DNA of 64,000 nucleotides from Acidobacteriota bacterium. GTDB lineage: Bacteria > Acidobacteriota > UBA890 > WLXD01. The notes beneath the pieces were generated by a model. That model was not told where the DNA came from. It was given only the letters and a program-made list of their open reading frames with translations, and made no database searches. How positions within the stretch are numbered: the first letter of the stretch is position 1; each line of letters starts with the position of its first letter. A program made the translations under genes and the position numbers. The stretch lies in contig CBDBHB010000009.1 of NCBI GenBank assembly GCA_965205505.1, positions 2,912,001 to 2,976,000 of the forward strand, given 5' to 3'. This document shows, in pieces, positions 9,608 through 20,113 of this stretch.

Positions 9608-12086
9608 TCGCGAACTCGAACGTTGACCTCTGCTCCCCGAAGATCTCCAGGGGATCGAAGTTGTAGGCCCAGAAGAAGCGCATCGGTATGTTGAAGACAG
9701 GCGCGAAGATCTCGAACTCCAGCCCCGCAGTGCGACGCATGTCCCGGATGCTGACCTTGTCGTCTGACAGCCAGGCCTGCCCAGCGTCGTGGAACCCCTT
9801 CACGCGCAGTGCCGGGGTGAGAGCGAAGATGTACTCGAGGTTGTATTGCAGCCCCTTGGTGCCGCCGAGAATGTTGCCGAACTCGTCGATCGGGCCAATC
9901 GACCGCAGCCGCGTACCACGAACCGAGTTGCTTCCGCCGAGGAAGAAGCGCTCGAAGATCGGCAGCTCTTCGAGATCCCCCAGCGGCTCGGCATAGTCGG
10001 CCCGGATATTGACCACCAGGATCTGCTTGGGGGTGCGAATGAACCCGGGGCGGGTCACGGTGGGGATGTACCAGGTCGTGCGCAGGCTGGCGCGCCAAAA
10101 GTCGAGCGTCCCACCGAGAGGTCCGCCAGCGTACTCGAACGACGCATTCGAACGGCTGCCGCGCGAGGCCATGAAAGGGTTGTCGAGATTGGTATGGAAC
10201 ACAAACGGTCGTATCGAGCTGGTGATGCGGCGACCGCGGGTCAGGAAGAGCGCCTGGAACAGCGGTGACGAGATGCTCCCCAGTGAGCTGCTGACGTTGC
10301 CGATGTCGATGACCTCGTAGTTGTATTCGAGGAAGGCGGCGACCGTCTCGTCGAGGTTCAGCGGTTTGCCGAAGCGGATGGCCCCACCGGTGCCGGACCT
10401 TTGGAAGTCAGGAAAATCAATGGCATCGCGGAATATGTCGGCGCCGAAGCGCACGCGCTTTCCGAGGAAGTACGGATCCGAGAACGATAGCCGTACGTTC
10501 TGACGAAGCTTTCCGACCTGCCCGAAGAGCGATACAGTCTGCCCGTAGCCGAACAGGTTGCGGGTCGAATAGCCGAACTGGACGAACCCGCCTTCGAGCG
10601 CTGACACACCGCCGCCGAACGAGATCTGGTTGCGGCCGATCTCCGCGACTTTCAGGTCGACATCCACAGAGCCGAACTGCGGGTCCGCCGGCACTGCAGG
10701 ATCAAGGGACTCCCCGGGGGGGGCGGTAGCGAGGTCATGCTCGACGTTCTGAAAGTAGCCGAGGCGCCATAGTCGCTCGATACTGGTGTCGAAGCGACTT
10801 TGATCCCATCGCGCCAGCTCGTGCAGGTTGAGGTTTCGTCGGAGGACGAAGTCGCGCGTGTTCGTATTGCCCGAAAACTCGATTCGGTTCACACGGTAGA
10901 CGGCGTTCTCCTGCACCTGGTAGGTCAGGTTGGCGAGGCCGGTCGACGGGTCTTGATAGGGAATCGGAGCTATGGCGACCTGCAGGTATCCCGCGTTCGT
11001 GTACTTATCGGCGAGCGCCTTGTTTGCCGCCTGAACTTCCTCGATATTCAGAATTTGGCCGCGTTGGAGTCCCACCTCCCGGATGAGCTCTTCGTCACTG
11101 AAGGCGGTGTTCCCTTCGATCGTGATGTCGCCGATGTGATATTGGGTGCCCTCATAGATCGGAATCGTTATCGCCAGGCGCTCCCGATCGTCAAACCACA
11201 GCGATCGGTCCTCGGTAAACACCTCGATGCGCGGCTCGTCGGCATCGAACTCCAGATAGCCGTTGCGGTGATATAGCTTTTGGAGCTCGACCATGTCGAA
11301 CTCGTACCCGGCGCGCGAGTAACGATCGCTTTTGCTGAGGAACGACATGAAGTGGTGCTCGGCGGTGCGTTTCATCGCCCAGCGCAGCTGCTGATCGCTG
11401 AAGACTGTGTTGCCTTCGAACTGCACCAGCGCGATCCGCACCGAGTCGCCCTCGATGACCCTGTAAATCGCGTCCACCCCGGCTCCGAGCTCCGACTCCA
11501 CGACCTCCAGGTCGATCTGCACGAACTGCAGCCCGTCATCGCCCTGCAGCATGAACGTCAACACTTCGATGTTGTCGCGCAGCAGTTGTTCGTCGACCGG
11601 GTCGTTGATAACCACGCTGCGCTCGATCAGAGCGAGACGCTCGACGAAGTCCCGCAAGCTCACCTTGCCGGTTCCTTCGATGCGGACCTGTCGAAGCAGG
11701 GGCAGCTCTTGCACGTCGACGACGAGCACGATGCCACCGTTGGCTCCCTCTTCCCAGCTCATCACCAGGTTGTAGAACCAGTTCGTGTTGAACAGCGACA
11801 TGTAGTCGAGCTCTGCGGTGGCCGAATCGAAGGGTGCCCCGGCGCGGCTCGCCATGTAGAAGCTGATCGTGTCGGAATCGAATCGCTCGTTACCGATGAT
11901 GCGGATTTCTTCGATGTTCCGGCCTTGGGGACCGCGCGCGGCGGTGGCGACCTGCGCGGGCGGTAGCTGGGCGGCGGATGACGCGAGCAGCGGGCTCGAG
12001 TCGACCACGATGGTCACGAGCGCCGCCAGGGCGGTTGCCCGGAGGGCGAAGAGATAGTGTTTCTGATCGCTCGGGAGAAGGTTCAT
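9591..12086 (-). CDS. bamA: Outer-membrane protein assembly factor BamA
   Basis: POTRA-like repeats (FEGN, IEGN, FSGNTNTRD.VLRR), ERFFLGG..SVRG, C-terminal IGSTF. Confidence 0.93.
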   Translation of the reverse strand: MNLLPSDQKHYLFALRATALAALVTIVVDSSPLLASSAAQLPPAQVATAARGPQGRNIEEIRIIGNERFDSDTISFYMASRAGAPFDSATAELDYMSLFNTNWFYNLVMSWEEGANGGIVLVVDVQELPLLRQVRIEGTGKVSLRDFVERLALIERSVVINDPVDEQLLRDNIEVLTFMLQGDDGLQFVQIDLEVVESELGAGVDAIYRVIEGDSVRIALVQFEGNTVFSDQQLRWAMKRTAEHHFMSFLSKSDRYSRAGYEFDMVELQKLYHRNGYLEFDADEPRIEVFTEDRSLWFDDRERLAITIPIYEGTQYHIGDITIEGNTAFSDEELIREVGLQRGQILNIEEVQAANKALADKYTNAGYLQVAIAPIPYQDPSTGLANLTYQVQENAVYRVNRIEFSGNTNTRDFVLRRNLNLHELARWDQSRFDTSIERLWRLGYFQNVEHDLATAPPGESLDPAVPADPQFGSVDVDLKVAEIGRNQISFGGGVSALEGGFVQFGYSTRNLFGYGQTVSLFGQVGKLRQNVRLSFSDPYFLGKRVRFGADIFRDAIDFPDFQRSGTGGAIRFGKPLNLDETVAAFLEYNYEVIDIGNVSSSLGSISSPLFQALFLTRGRRITSSIRPFVFHTNLDNPFMASRGSRSNASFEYAGGPLGGTLDFWRASLRTTWYIPTVTRPGFIRTPKQILVVNIRADYAEPLGDLEELPIFERFFLGGSNSVRGTRLRSIGPIDEFGNILGGTKGLQYNLEYIFALTPALRVKGFHDAGQAWLSDDKVSIRDMRRTAGLEFEIFAPVFNIPMRFFWAYNFDPLEIFGEQRSTFEFAIGSTF

Positions 12087-12232
12087 GGCGTCTTCGGGCG
12101 CAGGGGGTTTGTGGCGTCTCGCGCCCACGCGGCGGGTCGCGGGCACACCATGTGAGGATAATACCGCATCGGCCCGCTCGTGGCCCGGCCAGCCTGCCGT
12201 CTTCGTAGGCCCGCATGCTCCAACGGCCGGGT

Positions 12233-14677
12233 CTACACGACCGCGTCCGCCGGCTCCGGCTCGACCAGCTGGATATCGAAGTGCAGGCCGTTGTCATCCG
12301 TTGACACGATGACGTGCGTACCCGTCCCCAGATTGCCCCGGATGAACTCCTCAGCGAGGGCGTCCTCGATGTACTTCTGGATGGCGCGCCTCAACGGTCG
12401 TGCGCCGTAGCTGCGATCCGCGCAAGTAGTGTCGATCAACCACTGGTAGGCCGCCTCGTCGAGCTCCACCTGGATGTCCTTGGTGGCTAGGTGCTCGTTC
12501 ACCTGACCGACCATCAACCGGATGATCTGCTGGAGGTGCTCGTCGGTCAACGCGTGAAACACGATCGACTCGTCCAGCCGGTTCAGGAACTCCGGGTTGA
12601 ACGTGCGCTTTACTTCCTCGACAACACGGTCTCGCATGTCGTCAAACGTGGCTACTTCGTCGAGCGCTCGGAAGCCGACGCCGCCGCGCTTTTGCATGAA
12701 GCGCGCGCCGATGTTCGACGTCATGATCAGGATGCAGTTCTTGAAATCGACCGTATGGCCCAGGCCATCGGTGAGCTGGCCGTCCTCGAACACCTGCAAC
12801 AAGATGTTGAAGATCGACGGATGGGCTTTTTCGATTTCGTCGAGCAACACCACGCTATAGGGACTGCGTCGCACCTGATCGGTCAGCTGGCCGCCCTCCT
12901 CGTGACCGACGTACCCGGGTGGAGAGCCGATCAACTTCGATACCGAGTGACGCTCCATGTACTCGGACATGTCGAAGCGGACGAGGGACCGGTCGTCCCC
13001 GAACAGGAAGGCGGCAAGCGTTCGTGCCACCTCCGTCTTGCCTACGCCGGTGGGGCCCAGGAACAAGAAGGAGCCCACGGGCCGATGCGGTGACTTGAGG
13101 CCGGCGCGCGACCGACGGATAGCTCGGGAGACCACCTCGATGGCTTCCTCCTGGGCAACGATCCGCGTATGCAGCCGCTCCTCCATGTTGACCAACTTGT
13201 CCATCTCCTCCTGCTTTATGGAGGCAATAGGAATCCCGGTCCAGTTCGAGACAACCTGTTCGATGTCCTCGACGCTGACCAACAGGGGAGCCTCCTCCTC
13301 AGGTTCCTCCTCGCGGTCTGCACGGAGACGTTCCAGGCGCTCGCGCTCTCGCTTCATGAGGTCACGAAAGTGAGCCGCCTGCTCGAACTCCTCATCGGCA
13401 ATCGCTGCGTCCAGCTGGGTCGCCAGCTCGCGGGAGCGTGCCTCAAGCTCTCGAACGCGGCTCGGCGCCGAGCTCATCGCAAGCTTGACGCGCGCCCCGG
13501 TCTCGTCGAGCACATCAATCGCCTTGTCGGGCAAGAAACGATCCGTGATATACCGATTGCTCTGATAGACGGCGGCCACCAGTGCCTCTTCGGTGTACGT
13601 CACGCCGTGGTACTTCTCGTAATGCTCGCGGATCCCACGCACGATCTCGACGGTCTCTTCCTCGGTCGGCTGGGCGATATTGACGCCTTGGAAGCGCCGG
13701 GCAAGCGCTCGGTCCTTCTCTATGTACTTGCGGTGCTCGCGCGGCGTCGTGGCGCCGATGCACTGCACCTCACCTCTCGCCAAAGCGGGCTTGAGGATGC
13801 CGGCGGCGTCGAGCGAGCCCTCGGCGGACCCAGCACCGACGAGCGTGTGCAGCTCATCGATAAAGATCACGGTGTCTTTGTTGTCGAGCAGCTCCTTCAT
13901 GATCGTCTTGAGTCGTTCTTCGAACTGGCCTCGGTACTTCGTTCCGGCGACCACCGATGAGATGTCGAGCTCCAAGATGCGCTTGTCGGAGAGGAACCGG
14001 GGCACTTCGCCGCCGCCGATCCGTTGTGCCAGGCCTTCGACGATCGCGGTCTTACCTACTCCCGGCTCGCCGATCAGAACAGGGTTGTTCTTCGTGCGGC
14101 GACACAGAATCTGGATGACGCGCTCGAGCTCGTCATCGCGCCCTATCAACGGGTCGAGAGTGCCCTTGGCGGCCATCTCCGTCAGGTCGCGTGAGAACTC
14201 CGACAGGAACGGTGTCTCCTTCTTCTTCTCGCTGAGGTTCTTCTCTTTCAGCAGATAGAGGAGGTCCTCGCGCGCCGTCGACAGCCGCATACCCTTTTCG
14301 ACCAGAATGCGCGACGCTAGCGACTTCTTCTCGCGCAGTAGCCCCAAAAGTACGTGCTCGGTGCCAATGTACTTGTGCAGCATCTTCTCGGCTTCCTCCG
14401 CTGCGTACGCCAGCACGCGCTTTGATTCGACCGAGAGAGGGATCTCTACTGAGGTGGAGATCTTCTCGCGTACTTCGGTACGCGTCTGGATCTCTCCGCG
14501 GATGGCTTCTGCCTCGATGTCTGAGCGACCCAGGAGCTTGCCGGTGAGGCCGTTGTTCTCGCGGATCAGCCCGAGCAGCAGGTGCTCGGTCTCGATCGTG
14601 CGCGAGCCCAGCTGGCTGGCTTCGTAGCGCGCAAAGAAAATGACCCGTCGTGCCCGTTCGGTATAGCGCTCAAACAT
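12233..14677 (-). CDS. clpC: ATP-dependent Clp protease ATPase ClpC
   Basis: MFERYTERARRVIF, two AAA modules (GEPGVGKT, GPTGVGKT), UVR-like middle domain. Confidence 0.95.
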   Translation of the reverse strand: MFERYTERARRVIFFARYEASQLGSRTIETEHLLLGLIRENNGLTGKLLGRSDIEAEAIRGEIQTRTEVREKISTSVEIPLSVESKRVLAYAAEEAEKMLHKYIGTEHVLLGLLREKKSLASRILVEKGMRLSTAREDLLYLLKEKNLSEKKKETPFLSEFSRDLTEMAAKGTLDPLIGRDDELERVIQILCRRTKNNPVLIGEPGVGKTAIVEGLAQRIGGGEVPRFLSDKRILELDISSVVAGTKYRGQFEERLKTIMKELLDNKDTVIFIDELHTLVGAGSAEGSLDAAGILKPALARGEVQCIGATTPREHRKYIEKDRALARRFQGVNIAQPTEEETVEIVRGIREHYEKYHGVTYTEEALVAAVYQSNRYITDRFLPDKAIDVLDETGARVKLAMSSAPSRVRELEARSRELATQLDAAIADEEFEQAAHFRDLMKRERERLERLRADREEEPEEEAPLLVSVEDIEQVVSNWTGIPIASIKQEEMDKLVNMEERLHTRIVAQEEAIEVVSRAIRRSRAGLKSPHRPVGSFLFLGPTGVGKTEVARTLAAFLFGDDRSLVRFDMSEYMERHSVSKLIGSPPGYVGHEEGGQLTDQVRRSPYSVVLLDEIEKAHPSIFNILLQVFEDGQLTDGLGHTVDFKNCILIMTSNIGARFMQKRGGVGFRALDEVATFDDMRDRVVEEVKRTFNPEFLNRLDESIVFHALTDEHLQQIIRLMVGQVNEHLATKDIQVELDEAAYQWLIDTTCADRSYGARPLRRAIQKYIEDALAEEFIRGNLGTGTHVIVSTDDNGLHFDIQLVEPEPADAVV

Positions 14678-14899
14678 CGACCCAGCCCCAATCGCAGGAG
14701 GTCCCCCACAGACCGCGTGCCGTAGCGACGAGCCCGTTGGATCTCCTGTCACAAAGGGCGACGCCAGAGGGCGCCGCTTGGTTTTGAGTATAGCGGAGCG
14801 ATTTTCCAGCCGCCAAGACGTCGCCAGTCGCGCGGCGGGCCCAATCGAGGGTCCACGCCGCTGATGGGCACGCCACAGGCCGTTCCCTCCGCGCGCGGT

Positions 14900-15604
14900 T
14901 CATTGATGCTCTCCCGATACATGTGCTCTGAGTTGACCGCCGGACTCCATCACGAGAACGCGGTCGAAGTCGGCCACCAACTCAGGGTTATGTGTGACCA
15001 GCACCATCGCGTTGCCGTGACTCTCGTGTAGCCGGAAGAAGATCTCCAGGGCTCGCATGCCGTTGTCGCGGTCGAGGTTGCCGGTAGGCTCGTCGGCAAG
15101 CAGAACCTCCGGCTGCCGGACCAGGGCGCGCGCGATGGCAACGCGCTGGCACTCGCCGCCGGATAGCTCGGATGGAAAATGGTGCGCCCGATCGGCCAGC
15201 CCCACGTCCGCCAGCAGGCCCGCGGCGCGCTCCCGCGCCCCATCCATGTCGCCGCCAATCAGTAGCGGCATCATGATGTTCTCCAGCGCGCTGAACTCCG
15301 GCAGCAGGTGGTAGAACTGAAAAACGAGACCCACGTGACGACCTCGAAACTCCGCCAGGTCGGGCTCAGACAGCGATCGCAGCTCGCGGCCGCGGAAGCG
15401 GATGCTGCCGCTGTCGGGACGATCCAGTCCGGCGAGGAGGTGCAGCAGCGTGCTCTTGCCCACGCCGCTCTGGCCGATGATGGCGATACGTTCCCCTGCC
15501 GCCAGGCGTAACTCGCAGTCCGACAGAACTTGCAGTCGGCGGTCGCCGGTGCGGTAGCTCTTAGCGATCCCTTCGACGGTGAGGAACTCTTCGGCGCCAT
15601 GCAT
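14900..15604 (-). CDS. lolD: Lipoprotein-releasing ABC ATPase LolD
   Basis: GQSGVGKS, LSGGE, ADEPTGNLD. True start is ATG 15604 inside the over-long 654-aa ORF. Confidence 0.9.
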   Translation of the reverse strand: MHGAEEFLTVEGIAKSYRTGDRRLQVLSDCELRLAAGERIAIIGQSGVGKSTLLHLLAGLDRPDSGSIRFRGRELRSLSEPDLAEFRGRHVGLVFQFYHLLPEFSALENIMMPLLIGGDMDGARERAAGLLADVGLADRAHHFPSELSGGECQRVAIARALVRQPEVLLADEPTGNLDRDNGMRALEIFFRLHESHGNAMVLVTHNPELVADFDRVLVMESGGQLRAHVSGEHQ

Positions 15605-15606
15605 GA

Positions 15607-16884
15607 CTACTCGTAGCGAAGGGAGGAGACGGGGTCGAGGCGCGACGCGCGCAGCGCCGGATAGAGCGTGGCGGCAAAGGAGATGATCAGGGCGACCAGG
15701 CAGACGCGGCCGAGATCGACCGAGCGCACGTGAAACGGGACATACGCCAGGTAATAGACCTGCGCCTCCAACCGGATGAGCTCGTAGTGGTCCAGCGTCA
15801 AAGCAGTAGCGACGCCGAGAATGCACCCCAGGAGGGTGCCGATGAGTCCTATCACCACTCCCTGAATCATGAAGATTTGCCGGATATGCCGCCGCGTCGT
15901 CCCAAGCGACATCAGGATGCCGATATCCCGTTGCTTGTCCTTGATCATCAGCACCAGAGTGGCTGCGATGTTCAGTGCGGCCACGGCGGTGATCAGGCTG
16001 ATCGTGACGAAGAGAGCGAGCTTCTCCAGCTTCAGCGCCGCGAAGTAGGCTCGGTTCATGCTCTGCCAGTCCATCAAGAAGTAGCCTTCGCCGAGACGGT
16101 CCCCCAGCTCTTCGAGCACTGGTGCGGTGTTGAAGGCGTCCTCGACGCGGACCTGCACCAGCGTCACCCCATTCCCCGACTCGATCATGCGTTGCGCGGT
16201 CTCGAGGGGGATGAGGGCCCAGGTGTTGTCGTATTCGTACATGCCTGCCTCGAAGATCCCCACCACGTCGAAGCGAACGATCTTGATCCCGCCACTGCCG
16301 CCGAATGGGGTAATCATGCCGCTGGAGTGCACGCTGACCTTCACCTGGTCGCCGACGTTGACGAAGAGACTCGCCGCCAACTCGCGGCCGAGCACCACGC
16401 CGGGACGGCCCGATGAGCTTGCGCCTCGTGCTGTCAGGCCCTCGGCGCTTCCCTCCACCATCCGATCGAGCAGCCTCGTGGTGCGGGCTTCGCCGCGCGC
16501 ATCGATACCCTTGAGATTGACGAAGCGCGGCGTCTGCGAACGGCCCTCCATGAGACCAGGTGTCAGCAAGGCCGGCGCCGCATCGATCACGCCGTTCACG
16601 GACCGGGCCGTGTCCGCGACATACGCGTGGTCTTCCAGGTACGGGCCGAACGGCTGCACGAAGACGTGCGCGTTGGCGCCGATGATCTTGTCCTGGATGT
16701 CTTCTTGGAATCCGGTAAGCAGCGCCAGCGCGATGATCAGGGCTGCCACACCGACGCTCACGCCGAGGATCGAAACGACGCTGACAACCGACGTGAACGC
16801 CTGCCGGCGGCGCGCCTTGAAGTAGCGCAGTGCGATGTACAGCTGCAACCGGCTCGTCAGCCATCGGGGTCCGCTCTCCCGCAT
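15607..16884 (-). CDS. lolE: Lipoprotein-releasing ABC permease LolC/E
   Basis: IALRYF..F.SVVS, GMYEYD, KQRDIGIL, ATLYPALRASRLDPV.SLRYE. Confidence 0.9.
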   Translation of the reverse strand: MRESGPRWLTSRLQLYIALRYFKARRRQAFTSVVSVVSILGVSVGVAALIIALALLTGFQEDIQDKIIGANAHVFVQPFGPYLEDHAYVADTARSVNGVIDAAPALLTPGLMEGRSQTPRFVNLKGIDARGEARTTRLLDRMVEGSAEGLTARGASSSGRPGVVLGRELAASLFVNVGDQVKVSVHSSGMITPFGGSGGIKIVRFDVVGIFEAGMYEYDNTWALIPLETAQRMIESGNGVTLVQVRVEDAFNTAPVLEELGDRLGEGYFLMDWQSMNRAYFAALKLEKLALFVTISLITAVAALNIAATLVLMIKDKQRDIGILMSLGTTRRHIRQIFMIQGVVIGLIGTLLGCILGVATALTLDHYELIRLEAQVYYLAYVPFHVRSVDLGRVCLVALIISFAATLYPALRASRLDPVSSLRYE

Positions 16885-17018
16885 CTTGTCCTCGTCGAGT
16901 GCCTAACCGAGGTCAACGCCCCGGTCGGTCTGCTTGCACAGACTCCACGTAGACTGTAGCAGTCAGGAAGAGACTTAAAAAGCTATGACTAACTAATCGT
17001 GACTTTTAGTAAATTAGC

Positions 17019-18494
17019 CTAAGCGTTTCGGCGTAATAATGGAAATAGAATAACGTCTCGAATCGTCGGCGAGTCAGTGGAAAGCATTACAAGGCGATCT
17101 ACACCAATGCCGATGCCTGCTGCCGGGGGCATACCATGTTCGAGCGCAGTGATGTAATCGACATCGACGGCGGGCGGGATCTCTCTGTCGTCCTCGCGTC
17201 CGTCCACCTGCTCTTGCATACGGCGCTGCTGCTCGCGTGGATCGTTTAGCTCTGAGTAGCCATTGGCCACCTCCATCCCACCCATGAAAAGCTCGAAACG
17301 CTCGACCGTGTCGGGGTCGTCGGGGCGAGCTTTGGACAGCGGTGAGAGCTCCAACGGGTAGTCGGTGATGAACAACGGCGAGCTGACGCCCGGCTTGACC
17401 ATCTTGTCGAACGCGGCCTCGCGCAGCGCGCCCAGACCCATGTCGGCAGTTGGTATCTCCTTTGTCTGCAACCACTCGGAGAGCTTCGACGCGTCATCGA
17501 CTAGCTCGGGCTCGAGCCCGCCGACATCGACGAGCGCCTGGCGCAGAGGCATTCGCCTCCAGGGGCGCTGCAAGGAGATCTCATGGCCCTGGTACGGGAG
17601 TCGGGCCTCCTGCCCGGCGCCGCCGAGGGCGGCACAAAGCAGATCTTCCGCGTACTCCATCATGCGCTCGTAGTCCCAGTAGGCAGCATAGAACTCCAGC
17701 ATCGTGAACTCCGGATTGTGCTGTCTGGAGATCCCTTCGTTACGGAAGTTCCGGTTCAGGTCGTAGACCCGTTGGAGTCCGCCCACCAGCAGCCGCTTGA
17801 GATATAGCTCAGGCGCAATTCGCAAGTAGAGGTCCATTTCGAGTGCATTGTGATGCGTTTCGAACGGGTGGGCCATGGCGCCGCCATACAGAGGCTGCAG
17901 AGTCGGCGTCTCGACCTCGAGGAAGCCATTGGAATCCAGGTGAGCCCGCAAGGCCCGGACGATCTCGGCACGGCGCATAAATACCGCGCGCACCTCGGGG
18001 TTCGCCAACAAGTCGAGGTATCGCTGTCGGTAGCGAACCTCGGTATCGCGCAGCCCATGCCACTTCTCCGGCATCGGCCGCAACGCCTTCGACAGGAGTC
18101 GGTAGTCGTCGACCCGGGCGGTCAGCTCACCCGTCCGTGTGCGGAACAGCACGCCCTGGACGCCCACGAAGTCGCCCAGATCGAGGTTTAGCCATGCCGC
18201 AAAGCGATCTTCACCCAGCACCTTCTGCCGTACGTGACATTGAAGCTTGGAGCTGCCGTCGTCGAGGTCAGCGAAGGCTGACTTGCCATGCTCGCGCAGT
18301 GCCACGAGGCGTCCCGCGAGCCGCACGGCCGGTTGCGCCTCTTGCAGCTCCTCCGCTGTTGCACCGTCGTGGGCCGCACACAACTGCTGCAGGGTGCCAT
18401 CGACGGGAAATCGGCTGGGGAATGCATTGACTCCCGCCGCTTCCAACGCGGCAAGCTTCTGCCGGCGCGACTCCAACAAATCGGCTTCGACCAT
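17019..18494 (-). CDS. lysS: Lysine--tRNA ligase (class II)
   Basis: RYRQRYLDL, YLRIAPELYLKRL, FRNEG..HNPEFTMLE, GIGVDRL..IRDVILFP. Confidence 0.97.
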   Translation of the reverse strand: MVEADLLESRRQKLAALEAAGVNAFPSRFPVDGTLQQLCAAHDGATAEELQEAQPAVRLAGRLVALREHGKSAFADLDDGSSKLQCHVRQKVLGEDRFAAWLNLDLGDFVGVQGVLFRTRTGELTARVDDYRLLSKALRPMPEKWHGLRDTEVRYRQRYLDLLANPEVRAVFMRRAEIVRALRAHLDSNGFLEVETPTLQPLYGGAMAHPFETHHNALEMDLYLRIAPELYLKRLLVGGLQRVYDLNRNFRNEGISRQHNPEFTMLEFYAAYWDYERMMEYAEDLLCAALGGAGQEARLPYQGHEISLQRPWRRMPLRQALVDVGGLEPELVDDASKLSEWLQTKEIPTADMGLGALREAAFDKMVKPGVSSPLFITDYPLELSPLSKARPDDPDTVERFELFMGGMEVANGYSELNDPREQQRRMQEQVDGREDDREIPPAVDVDYITALEHGMPPAAGIGIGVDRLVMLSTDSPTIRDVILFPLLRRNA

Positions 18495-18532
18495 ATTCGG
18501 CTCTCGCTGAGAAGGGCTCGCGGAGACGCCGT

Positions 18533-19771
18533 TCAGGTGGCGTAGCGCTTGAAGATCAGTGCCGCGTTCGTGCCACCGAATCCGAACGAGTTCGAAAGAC
18601 CGTATTCGAGATCCATCGCCCGCGCCTCGTTAGGGACGAAGTCGAGGTCACACTCTGGATCGGGATTCTCGTAGTTGATCGTCGGGGGCACCTGCCCATG
18701 CTTCAACGCCATCACCGTAATGCCGGCTTCTACGCCGCCTGCAGCTCCAAGCGCGTGCCCCATCATCGATTTGGTCGAGGACACGGCCAGGTCGGTTGCG
18801 TGGTCGCCAAAGACCGACTTGATCGCCTTCACCTCCGCCGCATCGCCCACCGGTGTGGACGTGCCGTGGGCGTTGATGTAGTCGATCGTGTTCGGCTCGA
18901 GTTCAGCATCGTCGAGCGCCGCTTGCATCACGCGTACGGCGCCGTCTCCATCCTCGGGCGGCGCGGAGATATGGTAGGCGTCCGCAGTCATACCATAACC
19001 GACGATCTCGGCGAGAACATTGGCCCCCCGCTGTCGGGCTGTCTCCTCGGCCTCCAGAACCAGGATCCCCGCGCCTTCGCCCAGCACGAACCCATCGCGC
19101 TCGGAGTCAAACGGTCGACTCGCCCCGGCCGGATCGTCGTTGCGCATCGAGAGGGCGCGCATGGCGCTGAAACCGTCGATGGCGAGCGAGCATATGACCC
19201 CCTCCGTGCCGCCACACACCATGGCTTCGGCATCTCCGCGGGCGATCACCCGGAAGGCATCGCCGATAGCGTGATTACCGGTAGAACAGGCGGTACATAC
19301 GGAAGAGTTCGGTCCCCTGAGCTTGTACTGCATGGAAACCCACCCGGAGGCGAGATTCACGATGAGTGCCGGAATGAAGAACGGGCTCACCCGACCGGGG
19401 CCTCGCCGCAGTTGAACCTCGTGGAACTTCTGCATGATGTTCAGGCCGCCGATTCCCGATCCGATGATGGTACCGATTCGCTCGGTAGCATAGGCGCCTG
19501 CGACACCGGACATTGCCCAGGCGTCGGCCGTGGCCGCCATGGCGTAGACGATATGCAGGTCCATCTTTTTGAGGTCTTTCTTGGGGACGAAGTCGGTGGC
19601 GGTCAGGTCACGCACCTCGCCCGCGATCGTGACGGCGTAGCCGGTGGCATCGAACTTGGTGATTGGGCCAACACCGCTACGACCCTCGAGCAGAGCGCTC
19701 CAGGTGACCTCGGTGGTCAGACCGACAGGCGTGATTAGTCCAACGCCCGTAACGACGACGCGGCGATCCAT
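18533..19771 (-). CDS. fabF: 3-oxoacyl-ACP synthase II
   Basis: RRVVVTG, TACSTG, NAHGTST, SNSFGFGGTN. Confidence 0.97.
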   Translation of the reverse strand: MDRRVVVTGVGLITPVGLTTEVTWSALLEGRSGVGPITKFDATGYAVTIAGEVRDLTATDFVPKKDLKKMDLHIVYAMAATADAWAMSGVAGAYATERIGTIIGSGIGGLNIMQKFHEVQLRRGPGRVSPFFIPALIVNLASGWVSMQYKLRGPNSSVCTACSTGNHAIGDAFRVIARGDAEAMVCGGTEGVICSLAIDGFSAMRALSMRNDDPAGASRPFDSERDGFVLGEGAGILVLEAEETARQRGANVLAEIVGYGMTADAYHISAPPEDGDGAVRVMQAALDDAELEPNTIDYINAHGTSTPVGDAAEVKAIKSVFGDHATDLAVSSTKSMMGHALGAAGGVEAGITVMALKHGQVPPTINYENPDPECDLDFVPNEARAMDLEYGLSNSFGFGGTNAALIFKRYAT

Positions 19772-19800
19772 GAATCCCCCATCCTGCACCAGCTGTGCTG

Positions 19801-20034
19801 TTAGCCGAGCTTGCTCGTGATGTAGGAAACAGCGTCTTGGACCTTCGCCATCTTCTCGGCGTCCTCGTCTGGGATCTCGAGGTCGAATTCCTCCTCCAAG
19901 GCCATCACGAGCTCGACCGTATCCAGAGAGTCGGCGCCGAGATCCTCGATGAACGAGGCTCCCGTGGTCACTTCCTCGACATCCACGCCGAGTTGCTCGA
20001 CGATGATCTCCTTTACCTTCGCTTCAACGTCCAT
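19801..20034 (-). CDS. acpP: Acyl carrier protein
   Basis: [20 protein letters not shown]. Confidence 0.97.
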   Translation of the reverse strand: MDVEAKVKEIIVEQLGVDVEEVTTGASFIEDLGADSLDTVELVMALEEEFDLEIPDEDAEKMAKVQDAVSYITSKLG

Positions 20035-20113
20035 GCCTTCCTCCAGCACAGCAGGTTGCAGGTAGTTTAGAGACGCGCGGAGCAGCAGGCGCCCGTGACT
20101 CGGAAACCAGGGT

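Noticed and set aside
14900-16864. 654-aa ORF suggesting an N-terminally extended LolD
   Set aside because: The first 420 codons are an off-frame shadow of lolE; ABC similarity starts at ATG 15604
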